Source: an uncultured Planctomycetaceae bacterium (lineage in GTDB: Bacteria > Planctomycetota > UBA1135 > GCA-002686595). From it: a stretch of DNA of 64,000 nt. The stretch spans positions 1 to 64,000 of the forward strand of contig CAYPTB010000058.1 in assembly GCA_964413535.1 (NCBI GenBank), read 5' to 3'. The translations under genes and the position numbers were made by a program. The stretch's first letter is position 1. Every line of letters begins with the position of its first letter. Positions 53,797 through 63,360 of this stretch are shown here, piece after piece. The notes beneath the pieces were generated by a model that saw only the letters and a program-made list of their open reading frames with translations, had not been told where the DNA came from and did not search any database.

Positions 53797-54822
53797 TCAG
53801 CGCGGGCGCTTGCCGCGCATGACGAGGCCCACGCTGCCGAGCACGAGCGCGCTGCCGACGAGCGTGTGCCAGCCGAACGGCTCGTCGCCGACGAACGTGC
53901 CGACGCACAGCGCCGTCATCGGCGTCAGATAGGCGATCACGCCCATGCGGTGCGCGGGCGCGTGGCGCAGGGCCCAGAAGTACAGGCCGAACGCCACGAC
54001 CGTGCCCACCAGCGCGAGGTAGACCACGCTCCCGATCGCCGTGGCCGACCACACGACGCGCGCGTCGCGCTCGAACAGGAGTCCGGCGGCCACGAGCAAG
54101 GGCGCCGCGATCAGGAGGCCGTTGCGGTTCAGGTAGAGCGAGCTCACCTGCGCGCCTTGCTTCTTCACGTGGATCTGCGCGACGGCCGACGCGGCCGGGC
54201 TCACGAGCAATAGCGCGCCGAACGCGAGCCCGCCGGGCCCGACGTGCACGAGGTCTGTCGCGAACAGCACCACGATCCCCGCGAACCCGACGAGGAAGCC
54301 GATCCACTCGCGCGCGGCGATCCGACCGCTCGGCAGGAACGCGTGCGACAGCACGGCGAGCATCATCGGGAACGTGCCCCACAACACGCTCACGAGCCCC
54401 GACGGCAGCCGTGTCTCCGACACGTACACGATCGAGTAGCTGCACGCGAAGTTGAGGAGCCCGACGGCGAGGCTCGTGCGCGCGTCCGGCCGCACGCCGC
54501 CCTCGCGCTTCCCGAACGCCGCGGCGATCCCGGCGAACACGAGCGCCGCCAGCGTGAAGCGCGCGCCGGCCGCCGTGAACGGCGGCAGGTCCGCGAGCCC
54601 CTGCTTGATGACGAAGTAGGTCGTCCCCCAGATGAGCGAGAGCAGGCCGATGATCGCATCGGTGAGGAGCGCCCGCCGCCGCGCAGGAGCGCTGGCGTCG
54701 TCGACCAACGTCGCTTCGGCTCCCGCGGCTCGGACGCCTGCCGGGACGCCCGTTCCCGCGCGGGCGAGTTCCTCGGCCTCGCCGCTCTGTGCGGCCGTGC
54801 GATTCGGGCTCGTGCTCGACAT
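53797..54822 (-). CDS. EamA-family (DMT superfamily) transporter
   Basis: Ten TM helices in two EamA repeats (IWGTTYFVIKQGL..., GFLVGFAGIVVLF...). The N-terminal extension is 50 aa. Confidence 0.75.
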   Translation of the reverse strand: MSSTSPNRTAAQSGEAEELARAGTGVPAGVRAAGAEATLVDDASAPARRRALLTDAIIGLLSLIWGTTYFVIKQGLADLPPFTAAGARFTLAALVFAGIAAAFGKREGGVRPDARTSLAVGLLNFACSYSIVYVSETRLPSGLVSVLWGTFPMMLAVLSHAFLPSGRIAAREWIGFLVGFAGIVVLFATDLVHVGPGGLAFGALLLVSPAASAVAQIHVKKQGAQVSSLYLNRNGLLIAAPLLVAAGLLFERDARVVWSATAIGSVVYLALVGTVVAFGLYFWALRHAPAHRMGVIAYLTPMTALCVGTFVGDEPFGWHTLVGSALVLGSVGLVMRGKRPR

Positions 54823-55123
54823 GGGCGAAGACGGTACGACGGGAACCGCGATCGACGAACGCTTCTCGGGACCGTTCGCCGGTCGTGCGCGAAATCATGT
54901 CTCGAGACACCGGCCGAACCGGCCGCGGATCGCCGTCTACCGGGAGGCTCGCGCGAGGAGCGGAGCGCCTGCTCGATCGAGGACGTCGCCGCGCGAACGA
55001 CGCCGCGCCAGGCGGTGCCGGTGGGGAACCAAAGCCGCTCGGCGGCGCCTCGCAGCGCCGAGTCCCAGAGTCGGACGCCGAGCGGTGGATCGTCGTCGTG
55101 AGAACCTGCTCGCCGTCCTCGCG

Positions 55124-56173
55124 CTACTCGTTTAGGAACCAGGAGACGATGCGCTGGAAGAGCGGCCCCCAGCCGTCGGTGCGCGCGCCGCCGGATTCGA
55201 GCGAGAAGCTGTGGTCCGCGCCGGCCACCAGCTCGAAGCGCGCGTCGCGGCCGCGCGCGACGAGCTCGGCCTGGAGCACGTCGAACGACGCGCGCGTCAC
55301 GGCCCGGTCCTCCGCGCCTTGCGCGACGAAGACGCGCGCGTCGCTCGCGAGGAGTTGCTCCAAGGTCGACGTCGCGAGGAACGACGACCAACGCCGGTAC
55401 GGGTGCCCGAAGAAGAGCCTCTCGGAGCTCAGAGGGTCCGCCTGGATCGCTCGCCACTGTCCGAGCACGTACTCCACGCGCTCCTTTGGATCGTCCGACA
55501 CGCGGTCGAAGAACTCGCCGCGCCGCGCGAGCTCGACGAGGTCGAAGAGCTGCGTCGGCCCGCCGCCCGCGAGCACCGCGACGTGCGTGATCCAGTCATG
55601 GTCGGCCGCGAGCTTCGCCGCCACGATCCCGCCCTCCGAATGCCCGACGACGAGCACGCGTTCGTCGCGGACATCCGGCAGCCTGCGCGCCGCCTCCAGC
55701 GCCGCGTGCACGGCCTCCGCCCAGCGCTCGAGCGTGTGCTCGCTCCGGAAGAGCTCCGACGCGTGCGTCGAGCCGCCCGGATCGGCCGGAGCGTCGAGGA
55801 AGGTCACGCCCGGCTTCTCCACGATCACGAGCCGCGCCCGCCCACGCACGACATCCGCGATCGCGTTGTGCCCCGTGCGCCCCTCCACCCGGCCGTTCGC
55901 CTCGACGAAGTGCGACTGCGCGCCCGACCCGTGCACGTACGCGACGAGCGGCAACGCCGCCCCGCCCTCCGGCTCCTCCGACACGTAGAACACGCTGCGC
56001 CGCCCGAATGCGTCCCCCGCGAAGTACCGCCGATAGGGCTGGCCGCGCACGGCGGCCTCGTCGGCGACCGGCTCGTACCGCGCCTTCTCCTCCTGCGCAG
56101 GCCCCGTCGCCGCCATGGACGACGAGAGCAGCGCCAGGATCCCTCCGACGATTCGTTGTCTGGACATGTTCAT
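55124..56173 (-). CDS. Secreted alpha/beta-hydrolase (S9/dienelactone-hydrolase-like)
   Basis: The signal is MNMSRQRIVGGILALLSSSMAATGPAQ. The nucleophile elbow is VVGHSEGG. Downstream D/H residues are present (GADHSF). Confidence 0.7.
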   Translation of the reverse strand: MNMSRQRIVGGILALLSSSMAATGPAQEEKARYEPVADEAAVRGQPYRRYFAGDAFGRRSVFYVSEEPEGGAALPLVAYVHGSGAQSHFVEANGRVEGRTGHNAIADVVRGRARLVIVEKPGVTFLDAPADPGGSTHASELFRSEHTLERWAEAVHAALEAARRLPDVRDERVLVVGHSEGGIVAAKLAADHDWITHVAVLAGGGPTQLFDLVELARRGEFFDRVSDDPKERVEYVLGQWRAIQADPLSSERLFFGHPYRRWSSFLATSTLEQLLASDARVFVAQGAEDRAVTRASFDVLQAELVARGRDARFELVAGADHSFSLESGGARTDGWGPLFQRIVSWFLNE

Positions 56174-56283
56174 GGTCCTGTCGTCGTTCGCGTCAGTGGA
56201 CGTCCGCCAACGTGTCCGAATCGACAGCTCACGCACGTCGATCGGTCGGTCGATCGTTCGTCGAGTCGGTTCACGCTAGCTCC

Positions 56284-56724
56284 TCAGCGAGCGCAAGGTT
56301 CCCAATTGGAGTCATCCCTTGCCCAGTCCGCCAACGTGGCGGATCGCTTCTTCAACAAGGGAGCGAGCTCACGTGCGTTCGCATGGCTACCCACGCTCAT
56401 GTCGGGATGTGTCTGGCCAGCTTCCATCAGCGCGGCGAGGCGTCGCCAGCGTTCGGCGATCGTCGCGACCGCTTCACGCGGCGTGGGGTTCCCCTGCGAA
56501 GAGACGTAGTCCGTCGGCAGATCACCATGGATCACCCACCATCCGACGTGACCGGGGCGGACGACGCTCTCCACCGCCCACACCGACACATACGGAGCCA
56601 CGTGCCACGCCGGCCATGCACCCACTTCGCCGAATGCCGGCAGCTCACGATGCAGGTACGTCACAACGGTCTTGCGGCCCTCGGCACACCACTCTGCTTC
56701 CTTCCGGCGTTCTTCGGCATTCAT
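56284..56724 (-). CDS. Conserved hypothetical protein (DUF4826-like)
   Basis: MNAEERRKEAEWCAEGRKTVVTYL...WHVAPYVSVWAVESVVRPGHVGWWVIHGDLPTDYVS is a conserved-looking Trp-rich core. The start is ATG at 56724. Confidence 0.5.
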   Translation of the reverse strand: MNAEERRKEAEWCAEGRKTVVTYLHRELPAFGEVGAWPAWHVAPYVSVWAVESVVRPGHVGWWVIHGDLPTDYVSSQGNPTPREAVATIAERWRRLAALMEAGQTHPDMSVGSHANARELAPLLKKRSATLADWARDDSNWEPCAR

Positions 56725-56744
56725 GGCTTCCTCGCGTGCGCGGC

Positions 56745-57323
56745 TCAACCGGAGGTCATCTGCTCGAACAGGCCTGGGTAGTGGGCGATGGCGCCGGAGG
56801 GCTGCACGCGGAGCGTGGCGGCGTAGCCGATGGTCGGCGCTTCGTAGGCGTACTCCGAGCGGCTGATGCGCGCATAGCTCTGCGGCAGGCGCACGAGCCG
56901 CAGGCCCGGGAACTCGAGGTAGGCGGCCGGCGCCTCGGCGCGCTCACCGACTTCCAGCGCGAGCCGCCGCAGCACGATCAGATTGGTGGCCGGCGTGAAG
57001 CTCAGGTCGAGGTCGATGCAGCCCGCGACGGCCTTCTTCTGCACGCCGTCGACCTCCCAGCGCCCCGAGCCCGCGGCGCGGATGCGCAGGTCGACGGCGC
57101 GCGTACCGAGGTAGCCCGTCACGCGCGCTCCGCGGCTGCGCCACGCCGCGTCCGTCGTGACCTCGTAGGAGAAGTGACACGGCTTGCCCTCGAAGAAGAC
57201 CGCGGCGCCGGACAACCGCCACCCGTTCGCGAGCGCGAGCAACCGGCAACCATCGTGGCCGGGACGATCCAACCTGCGCCAGAAGAACGTGCCGGCGCGC
57301 GCGGCCGAGCTGGATCGCCTCAC
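56745..57323 (-). CDS. Putative glycolipid-binding family protein (PF06475-like)
   Basis: FFWRRLDRPGHDGCRLL...DAAWRSRGARVTGYLG...GSGRWEVDGV...GCIDLDLSFTPATNLIVLRRLAL...AAYLEFPGLRLVRLPQSYARISRSEYAYEAPTIGYAATLRVQPSGAIAHYPGLFEQ follows the family pattern. The start is GTG at 57323 and overlaps the M20 gene stop (GTGA). Confidence 0.55.
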   Translation of the reverse strand: MRRSSSAARAGTFFWRRLDRPGHDGCRLLALANGWRLSGAAVFFEGKPCHFSYEVTTDAAWRSRGARVTGYLGTRAVDLRIRAAGSGRWEVDGVQKKAVAGCIDLDLSFTPATNLIVLRRLALEVGERAEAPAAYLEFPGLRLVRLPQSYARISRSEYAYEAPTIGYAATLRVQPSGAIAHYPGLFEQMTSG

Positions 57324-58813
57324 TTCGCGCGCAGGTGCGACGGGACCCTCGGCAAGTCGTCCTTCCCGACCGGCGAGACGTACGGGAACGCCGCCGACTT
57401 GGCCTCGAACTCCTCGCGCATCGCCTGCACGACGTCGGGCTTCGTGAGCACGTCCACGCCGCTCGCCGCCAGCACCTTCGCCGCGACGAGCATCGCCTTG
57501 TAACCCGCGCTCGAGCCCGACGCCGCCGTCGACGCCCACGAGTGCGCGGGCACCTCGCGCGGCCAGTTCGCGACGGAGAGATCGATCGTGGGGCAGATCC
57601 ACGAGACGTTCGCTACGTCGGTCGAGCCGCCCGGCTCGGCCTCGAAGTCGATCTTGAACGGGCGGATCTCCGTGTGCATCCCGTCCGGCGCGACGCCGAA
57701 AGCCTTCTGCAGCGCTCGCGCGAACTCCTGCTCCTCCTCGTTGAAGCGCGGAGGCCCGACGAGCTCGAGGTTCTGGTGCACGAGCCGCGCCGTCGCAGCG
57801 TTCGGGTTGTAGTGGTAGAGCCCGGTGAACATGTCGATCACCGGCGCCTGATAGCCGGCCGCCGCCGAGCCGTGCTCCTCGCCCCACGCCATCAGGTCCG
57901 CGCCCTTCACGATGGCGAGCACGTGCTCGTAGACCTCCTCCTCCTCCGGCCAGTCCTTGCCGCGCGTGAACACCCACACGCTCGCGCGCGCCGGCACGAC
58001 GTTCGGCGCCTCGCCCCCGTGCGTCACGACGTAATGGATGCGCGCGCTCTCCGGCACGTGCTCGCGAAGCAGGTTCACGCCCGTCTCGAACGCCTCGACC
58101 GCGTCCAGCGCCGACACGCCCTTCCACGGCGCGCCCGCCGCGTGCGCCGAGCGCCCGAAGAACGTCACCTCGAACGAGCGCAGCGCCTTCGACGGCTGCA
58201 TATCGACCTCGTTCTGGTTGCTCGGATGCCACGACAAGCACGCGTCGACGTCGTCGAACCACCCGTCACGCGCGAGGAACACCTTCCCGACGCCGTGCTC
58301 CTCCGCCGGCGTCCCGTACACGCGCACGGTGCCCGCGAGTGAGTGCTCGCGCATCGCGCGCGCGAGCGCGATCCCCGCCCCCGCGCTGCCCGGCCCGAAC
58401 AGGTTGTGCCCACACCCGTGCCCGCACGCGCCCTCGAGCAGCGGCTCGCGCACGTCCGACACCTTCTGCGAGAGCCCCGGCAGCGCGTCGTACTCCGCGA
58501 GGTACGCAACGACCGGCTTGCCGGAGCCAAAGCTCGCGACGAACGCCGTCGGCATGTCGGAAACGCCGCGCTCGACCTCGAAGCCCTCGCGCTCGAGCAG
58601 GTCCGCGAGCAACGCCGACGACCGGTGCTCGTCGAGCCCGATCTCGGCGAGCTCCCAGATCGCCTTGCCCACGCCGACGAGCGTGTCGGAGAGATCGTCC
58701 ACGGCCGCCACCACAGCGGCCTTGGGGGGAGAAAGAACGGCGCCGTCGGCGAAGGCGAACGAGGGCGTCGGCGAGACGAGGAGCACAAGAGCGACGACGT
58801 GCACGGAGATCAT
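57320..58813 (-). CDS. M20-family amidohydrolase (AbgB / aminobenzoyl-glutamate utilization-like), secreted
   Basis: The signal peptide is followed by metal-site motifs ACGHGCGHNLFG, GTPAEE and HGGEAPNVVP. The length is 497 aa. Confidence 0.75.
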   Translation of the reverse strand: MISVHVVALVLLVSPTPSFAFADGAVLSPPKAAVVAAVDDLSDTLVGVGKAIWELAEIGLDEHRSSALLADLLEREGFEVERGVSDMPTAFVASFGSGKPVVAYLAEYDALPGLSQKVSDVREPLLEGACGHGCGHNLFGPGSAGAGIALARAMREHSLAGTVRVYGTPAEEHGVGKVFLARDGWFDDVDACLSWHPSNQNEVDMQPSKALRSFEVTFFGRSAHAAGAPWKGVSALDAVEAFETGVNLLREHVPESARIHYVVTHGGEAPNVVPARASVWVFTRGKDWPEEEEVYEHVLAIVKGADLMAWGEEHGSAAAGYQAPVIDMFTGLYHYNPNAATARLVHQNLELVGPPRFNEEEQEFARALQKAFGVAPDGMHTEIRPFKIDFEAEPGGSTDVANVSWICPTIDLSVANWPREVPAHSWASTAASGSSAGYKAMLVAAKVLAASGVDVLTKPDVVQAMREEFEAKSAAFPYVSPVGKDDLPRVPSHLRAK

Positions 58814-58991
58814 GGCGGGCCTCGGAAGGACCTTCGGCGACGCCTCACGGTAGCCGATCTTCGCCGTTGGGGGCGATGCCCTCGAGCTACCCCAAGATTC
58901 GCGGTCGATTGGCTGACCTACATCGGCGCGAGCATCTCACACGAGCGATGCATTGAGAGTCAACTCGACGGAACGTCAGTGCCGTGCCCGA

Positions 58992-61900
58992 TCACAGGAC
59001 ATCCACGTAGAACGTGTTCGATCCGGGTTCCGCCGTGAACGTGCCGGACAGCTCTTGGCCCTCGCTCTCGATCACCCAGCGGTAGTCTCCCTCCGGGGCG
59101 CCCTCGAGGATCAGGCGGCCGTCGGATCCCGTGGTGGTGGAGCCGGTGCTCGAGGTGAAGAGCTTGTACCGTTCCAGGTAGTCGCGAACAGTCGTGTTCG
59201 AGTCGAGGTGACGCAGATCAATGGGGAGATTCGCGCGCGGAGGTCCGCCCTCGCGCGCCTGGATCTCGATCCGACACCGCTTGCGCATCCCGAAGACCTG
59301 CGGTCCCCCATTGCGAACGACCTGTATTCTTGTAGCGATCGGTAGGTAATCCGGCTCGGCGACCCTGAGGTGGTACTCGCCCTCCGTCAGATTCCTCGCG
59401 ATGGTGGAGCCGTTCTCGTTGGTAGGCGGCATGTCGATCGTGATCAGCCTGTCGAGATCACCGAGTATCGCGACGATACCGGCGATCGGCCCGCGTCTGC
59501 CCACGAAGCTCAACTCTGTGTCGGCGTTACCGTCGAGGACGAGCACGATGTCCTCGTCTTCGCGTGGAAGGTCGACGTAGATGCCTGCGCGTACGCCCTT
59601 TAATGGATGCATCAAGTGGAAGATCGCGCGATCCTCAGTGAGGCCTTGAACCCAGCATCGCCCCGTATCGTCCGTCTTGAGTCCGGACTCATGGAACAGG
59701 CGACTGCCTGGCAGGTTGACGTCGACGCTCACGCCAGGAAGAGGATTGCCCTCCGGGTCGACGACGCGGAGCCACCGATCTCCTGCGCCGATCTCGATGC
59801 GCAAGGACCGCGCCTCCGATGGACCTAACTCGATTCGACGGCTCGCTAGTCTCTCGCCGCCGAGATACCCCGGTTCGTGCACCCCAACTTGGAACACTCC
59901 TGGCGGGAGATACCGAATCGTCGCCTTGCCGGACGAATCGAGGGCCACGTTTCGGTAGTCGATTCCGTTGGGCCGCTTGTGGTCTGCGATGAAACCTAGT
60001 TCTGGAGGCAGAGCCTCACCCCGACGTGGGATTACTTCTACGGATAGGCTGCCTCCGAACGAAAGATCGATGTCCACAATCCATTTTTTTCCCGGAACGA
60101 GTTCGACGTCCGTACGGTGTCGCGAGCCGTCAGGAAGGTCGACGTCGAATCCGTAGCGACCGCTGCTCACAGAGTCGAAGCGAGTTTCGCCCTTGCTGTC
60201 GAAGGAGCGTATTGGAAGGAGCGACCTTCCTCGAGCGTCGGAAGAGGACAGGACGCAGTTCGAGGGATCCAGCTCGGCGCTTCCCTGAAGCCTGACGACT
60301 AGAGATTGTTTCGGGAACAACCGGACGAGTCCCAGATCGAGATCCAGACCCTCTTCGGTCGTCACCACCATCTGGCGCGAAGAGAAGTCAGGCGCGGTAA
60401 CGAGGAGCAAAGCAAGTCCTCTGGGAAGTCCCGCGATCTCGAACGATCCGTCGGGCTCGACGAATCGGCCCGAACCGGAGGGCTCGATCGGCACGTCACT
60501 AGCGCCAACGATGAGCTGGACGTGCGCGGTCGACACCGAGTCCCCCGTGCGCGAATCGACCACGCGTCCCCAAGCTCGGATCGTGTCCGGAAGTCCGATT
60601 GCTAAGCCATCGACGCCTTCCGGAGGGACGACGATCTGGATTGCATCACTCATGCCTCTACCACTGGAGGCCGCCACCATCGACACGCGCCCGAGCGGAA
60701 CGGTATCCAGCTCGAAGGATCCGTCGCCCCTACCCGTGAAGCGATAGGTCTCGGCGAGCGTGATGCTCTCCGTTGGCCACACCACGAGCTCGAAGTTCGG
60801 TACGGGCTCTCCGCGCCACGTGCACTTGCCCGTGACGGTCGCGGCGCGTGGGAGGACGATCAAGCGTGTGATCGGGTCGGGCTCGGGAACGACGAAGGGA
60901 TCTGCTTTCGACGGGGCATATCCCACACAAGCGAAGCTCGCCTCGATGACTCCCGGCGGGCAGCCGCCCACGGCGATGTAGCCGTCCTCGCGCGCCCTTG
61001 CTGAGGTGCCGACGTATCGTTCGTTCTGTTTCCATCGGACCGCCGCCGTCGCATTGGGAAGGTGGTTCTCTTCCTCGTCGACGACGAGGAACCAAACTAG
61101 ATTGCCCACCTCAGCTTCGAAGTCAATGCGGTGGACGTGACCCGGAAGGACATGCGCAAGGCGCGCCTCTTTGGGAATGATGTCGGTCCCTTCCAGACGG
61201 AAGGAGTACTCGTCAGCGACTGGCAGGACTGCGAGCTCGATCGGTCCCCATCGATCCGAGAGATGCTCCAAACGAGCGAGTTCTAGGATGCTCCCACCAA
61301 CCAGGGCCGTGCACACGACGGCCAGCGACGTTGACTCGCGGATGTCGCCGCTTCGTGTGATCACACCCTCGACTGCGAACATCGATCCGAGTGATAACGT
61401 GATCGAGGTAGTGGGGAAGCCCTCCCACGGTGCCGAGGATTTGCCGCCTTTCTGGGCGAGGACGCGAAGCCGACCCGGCATGGGATGGACGTTCGCGACG
61501 CCCTGCGCGTCGGTCGTGACTTCCCGCGCTAGAACAGCGCTTTCTTTACTCGCATCGAGGGAACGTTGAAGCACGACGGCGCCGTCCACTGCGCGATCAG
61601 CGTCGAGGACCTTGACGAGAATCGATTTGGTTCGCGTCAGCTTGTATGTGACTCCCTTGATCCGTTGCCGTGGATTCGGGGACACGGGAATCGCCAGGGC
61701 CTCGAACTCAGGGTGGGTCAACCAGACGACAGAGGAGCGTTCTCCTAAAGAAGGAGGTGAAGTGTCGAAATGAAACTTGCCCGTCTCGTCCGTCACCGTT
61801 GCGATCGAGGACGAACTCACATGAGCGGCGAGCTGGTCGGAGTCGGTGATAGGAACTTCGGGCAGCGGAGTCCAGGAGACCCAAACTGACTGAACTGGAG

Positions 61901-62183
61901 TACCCGTCTCCTCGACGACCATTCCCGAGAACGCGTGCTCCGGTTGCAGCTTGCGTTGCTGGATCGATCCCTCGGTCTCGCCGCGGGCTATGTCGCTTGC
62001 CCGCTGCGAAGTGTAAGTAGCCAATGCTTCAGATTCTGCTGCGAGGGAGTCATCGACCGAAGACGGTCGAAGTAGCGGAGCTTCGGGTATCCAATCGGTG
62101 CGATAGAAGACCAGCAGGGAGACGGCCGCGGCGGCGAGAGCGGTTCCGGAAACAGCGAGGATCGTCCTCTTGGAGATCAACAT
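58992..62183 (-). CDS. 1063-aa membrane-anchored protein (N-terminal signal-anchor) made of more than 8 carboxypeptidase-regulatory-like beta-sandwich repeats. It lies in a lower-GC block.
   Basis: The TM anchor is MLISKRTILAVSGTALAAAAVSLLVFY. Repeat units include GMVVEETGTPVQSVWVSW, WGRVVDSRTGDSVSTAHVQLIVG...EPDGSFEIAGLPRG, RVVDPEGNPLPGVSVDVN...TDDTGRCWVQGL and GKCTWRGEPVPNFELVVW...GRGDGSFELDTVPLG. Local GC is about 60%, against about 72% for the window. Confidence 0.8.
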   Translation of the reverse strand: MLISKRTILAVSGTALAAAAVSLLVFYRTDWIPEAPLLRPSSVDDSLAAESEALATYTSQRASDIARGETEGSIQQRKLQPEHAFSGMVVEETGTPVQSVWVSWTPLPEVPITDSDQLAAHVSSSSIATVTDETGKFHFDTSPPSLGERSSVVWLTHPEFEALAIPVSPNPRQRIKGVTYKLTRTKSILVKVLDADRAVDGAVVLQRSLDASKESAVLAREVTTDAQGVANVHPMPGRLRVLAQKGGKSSAPWEGFPTTSITLSLGSMFAVEGVITRSGDIRESTSLAVVCTALVGGSILELARLEHLSDRWGPIELAVLPVADEYSFRLEGTDIIPKEARLAHVLPGHVHRIDFEAEVGNLVWFLVVDEEENHLPNATAAVRWKQNERYVGTSARAREDGYIAVGGCPPGVIEASFACVGYAPSKADPFVVPEPDPITRLIVLPRAATVTGKCTWRGEPVPNFELVVWPTESITLAETYRFTGRGDGSFELDTVPLGRVSMVAASSGRGMSDAIQIVVPPEGVDGLAIGLPDTIRAWGRVVDSRTGDSVSTAHVQLIVGASDVPIEPSGSGRFVEPDGSFEIAGLPRGLALLLVTAPDFSSRQMVVTTEEGLDLDLGLVRLFPKQSLVVRLQGSAELDPSNCVLSSSDARGRSLLPIRSFDSKGETRFDSVSSGRYGFDVDLPDGSRHRTDVELVPGKKWIVDIDLSFGGSLSVEVIPRRGEALPPELGFIADHKRPNGIDYRNVALDSSGKATIRYLPPGVFQVGVHEPGYLGGERLASRRIELGPSEARSLRIEIGAGDRWLRVVDPEGNPLPGVSVDVNLPGSRLFHESGLKTDDTGRCWVQGLTEDRAIFHLMHPLKGVRAGIYVDLPREDEDIVLVLDGNADTELSFVGRRGPIAGIVAILGDLDRLITIDMPPTNENGSTIARNLTEGEYHLRVAEPDYLPIATRIQVVRNGGPQVFGMRKRCRIEIQAREGGPPRANLPIDLRHLDSNTTVRDYLERYKLFTSSTGSTTTGSDGRLILEGAPEGDYRWVIESEGQELSGTFTAEPGSNTFYVDVL

Positions 62184-62195
62184 GGGGCGTTGAGA

Positions 62196-62435
62196 TCACG
62201 GAGTCCGACCCGGTGTGGATGGGAGATTCTCGTTCTGCACATCGTCCGGCTGAGTGATTTTTGTGGTCCGCTGCACAGTGACTTGGCCTTTCCCCAGTTT
62301 TGGTGGAGAAGTCACTCCGCCCTGAGCAGCAGCAATCGATTGGTTCGCAAAGGACAGCCCTGCCAGCAGGCTCGCCGTTACGACGACGAGCCGTGAGCTA
62401 CGGAAGCCTTGAAAGCACGACTTGCCGTGAGGCAT
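62196..62435 (-). CDS. Candidate small secreted peptide (79-aa precursor, about 45-aa mature) between the TPR gene and the giant repeat gene
   Basis: ATG at 62435 is preceded by ttgatGGAGGaaatcggcg. The signal peptide is MPHGKSCFQGFRSSRLVVVTASLLAGLSFANQSIAAAQ. The mature part is GGVTSPPKLGKGQVTVQRTTKITQPDDVQNENLPSTPGRTP. It overlaps the last 38 nt of the TPR gene in another frame. Confidence 0.35.
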   Translation of the reverse strand: MPHGKSCFQGFRSSRLVVVTASLLAGLSFANQSIAAAQGGVTSPPKLGKGQVTVQRTTKITQPDDVQNENLPSTPGRTP

Positions 62436-63360
62436 CGCCGATTTCCTCCATCAATACTCGAGCAATCCGTACTCGATGGCCATCCATCCTTGATCGGCCG
62501 GTGTAGGTGCCTTTGCGCACCACACGGACGTAATCCGCGACCGAGATGTGGTCGGGGGGCAAGAGCTCGTCGAGCCTCCTACTTGCGTCGAGAGCGGACT
62601 CTCGATCGCCCAAGAACACTGACACTGCGAGGCAATTCATCAGCGCGCTCGATCGATCGGGGCAGATCTGGACGGCGAGGCGAAATGCTTCGAGGGCTTC
62701 CTCGAGTCGGTCGAGACAGAAAAGACTGACCCCCAGTCCTTCTAAGCAGCAGGCACTCGTCAACGGCATTGGATTCATTCGAAGAGCATCGCGATAGCCC
62801 TCCGCAGCATCTCTCCAGCGCTTGGAGCTCATCAGGTCCATCGCGATGTGCGCGACGGCCTGATCTACGAGGGTGAGGCGGGTCGACACTCGCGCGAGAT
62901 GCATGACTCGGATGCGTGCAGCGGGCGGCGAAGTGAGGCACCCCGTCAACAGGTCGTGACCCTCGCGCAAGGGCGGGTCGTCGAATCCAGGCGGGGTGGA
63001 ATCGACCTGCGCTCTCCATTCATTTTCCTCGAGGAACTCCAAGCGTCGGTTCACCGTCAGGTTTCGGTCCCACTTGTCTGCTGCGTCCTCTTGGGTGTAA
63101 AGCTCGATCAAGCAGCGCTGGCGCAGCAGGTAGGCGACCTCTTCCCGGTGCACTTGCAGCAGGTGGCGCTCGGCTTCCGTCAGACCGGCCGCAGTGAGGC
63201 CGACCGGTTCGTCTCGCACGGCGCGAACGAGCTCGCCGGAGGTGGGTATGCGCAAGAGCTTCGCCTTCGGATCCTCGGCGATGTCGAGCAGCACCTGCTC
63301 GAGGTCGGGGTGGTAGTCGATGTCCTGGCTCACTGGGTCACCTTTCCGCCATGCTATCAC
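62398..63360 (-). CDS. TPR-like helical repeat protein (320 aa), middle gene of the low-GC operon
   Basis: Helical hairpin repeats (LEEALEAFRLAVQICPDRSSALMNCLAVSVFLGDRESALDASRRL, AAEGYRDALRMNP). It has no signal peptide. Its ATGA start overlaps the upstream gene's stop at 63357-63360. Confidence 0.6.
   Translation of the reverse strand: MIAWRKGDPVSQDIDYHPDLEQVLLDIAEDPKAKLLRIPTSGELVRAVRDEPVGLTAAGLTEAERHLLQVHREEVAYLLRQRCLIELYTQEDAADKWDRNLTVNRRLEFLEENEWRAQVDSTPPGFDDPPLREGHDLLTGCLTSPPAARIRVMHLARVSTRLTLVDQAVAHIAMDLMSSKRWRDAAEGYRDALRMNPMPLTSACCLEGLGVSLFCLDRLEEALEAFRLAVQICPDRSSALMNCLAVSVFLGDRESALDASRRLDELLPPDHISVADYVRVVRKGTYTGRSRMDGHRVRIARVLMEEIGDASRQVVLSRLP

Noticed and set aside
48786-54910. ORFs 48786-50315 (N-terminal part of a track ORF), 50193-52403(-), 50813-52087(-), 52511-54910(-)
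   Set aside because: They are antisense or off-frame to the kinase, sigma, secreted repeat protein and EamA genes. Composition is Arg-rich or Ser/Ala-rich low-complexity.
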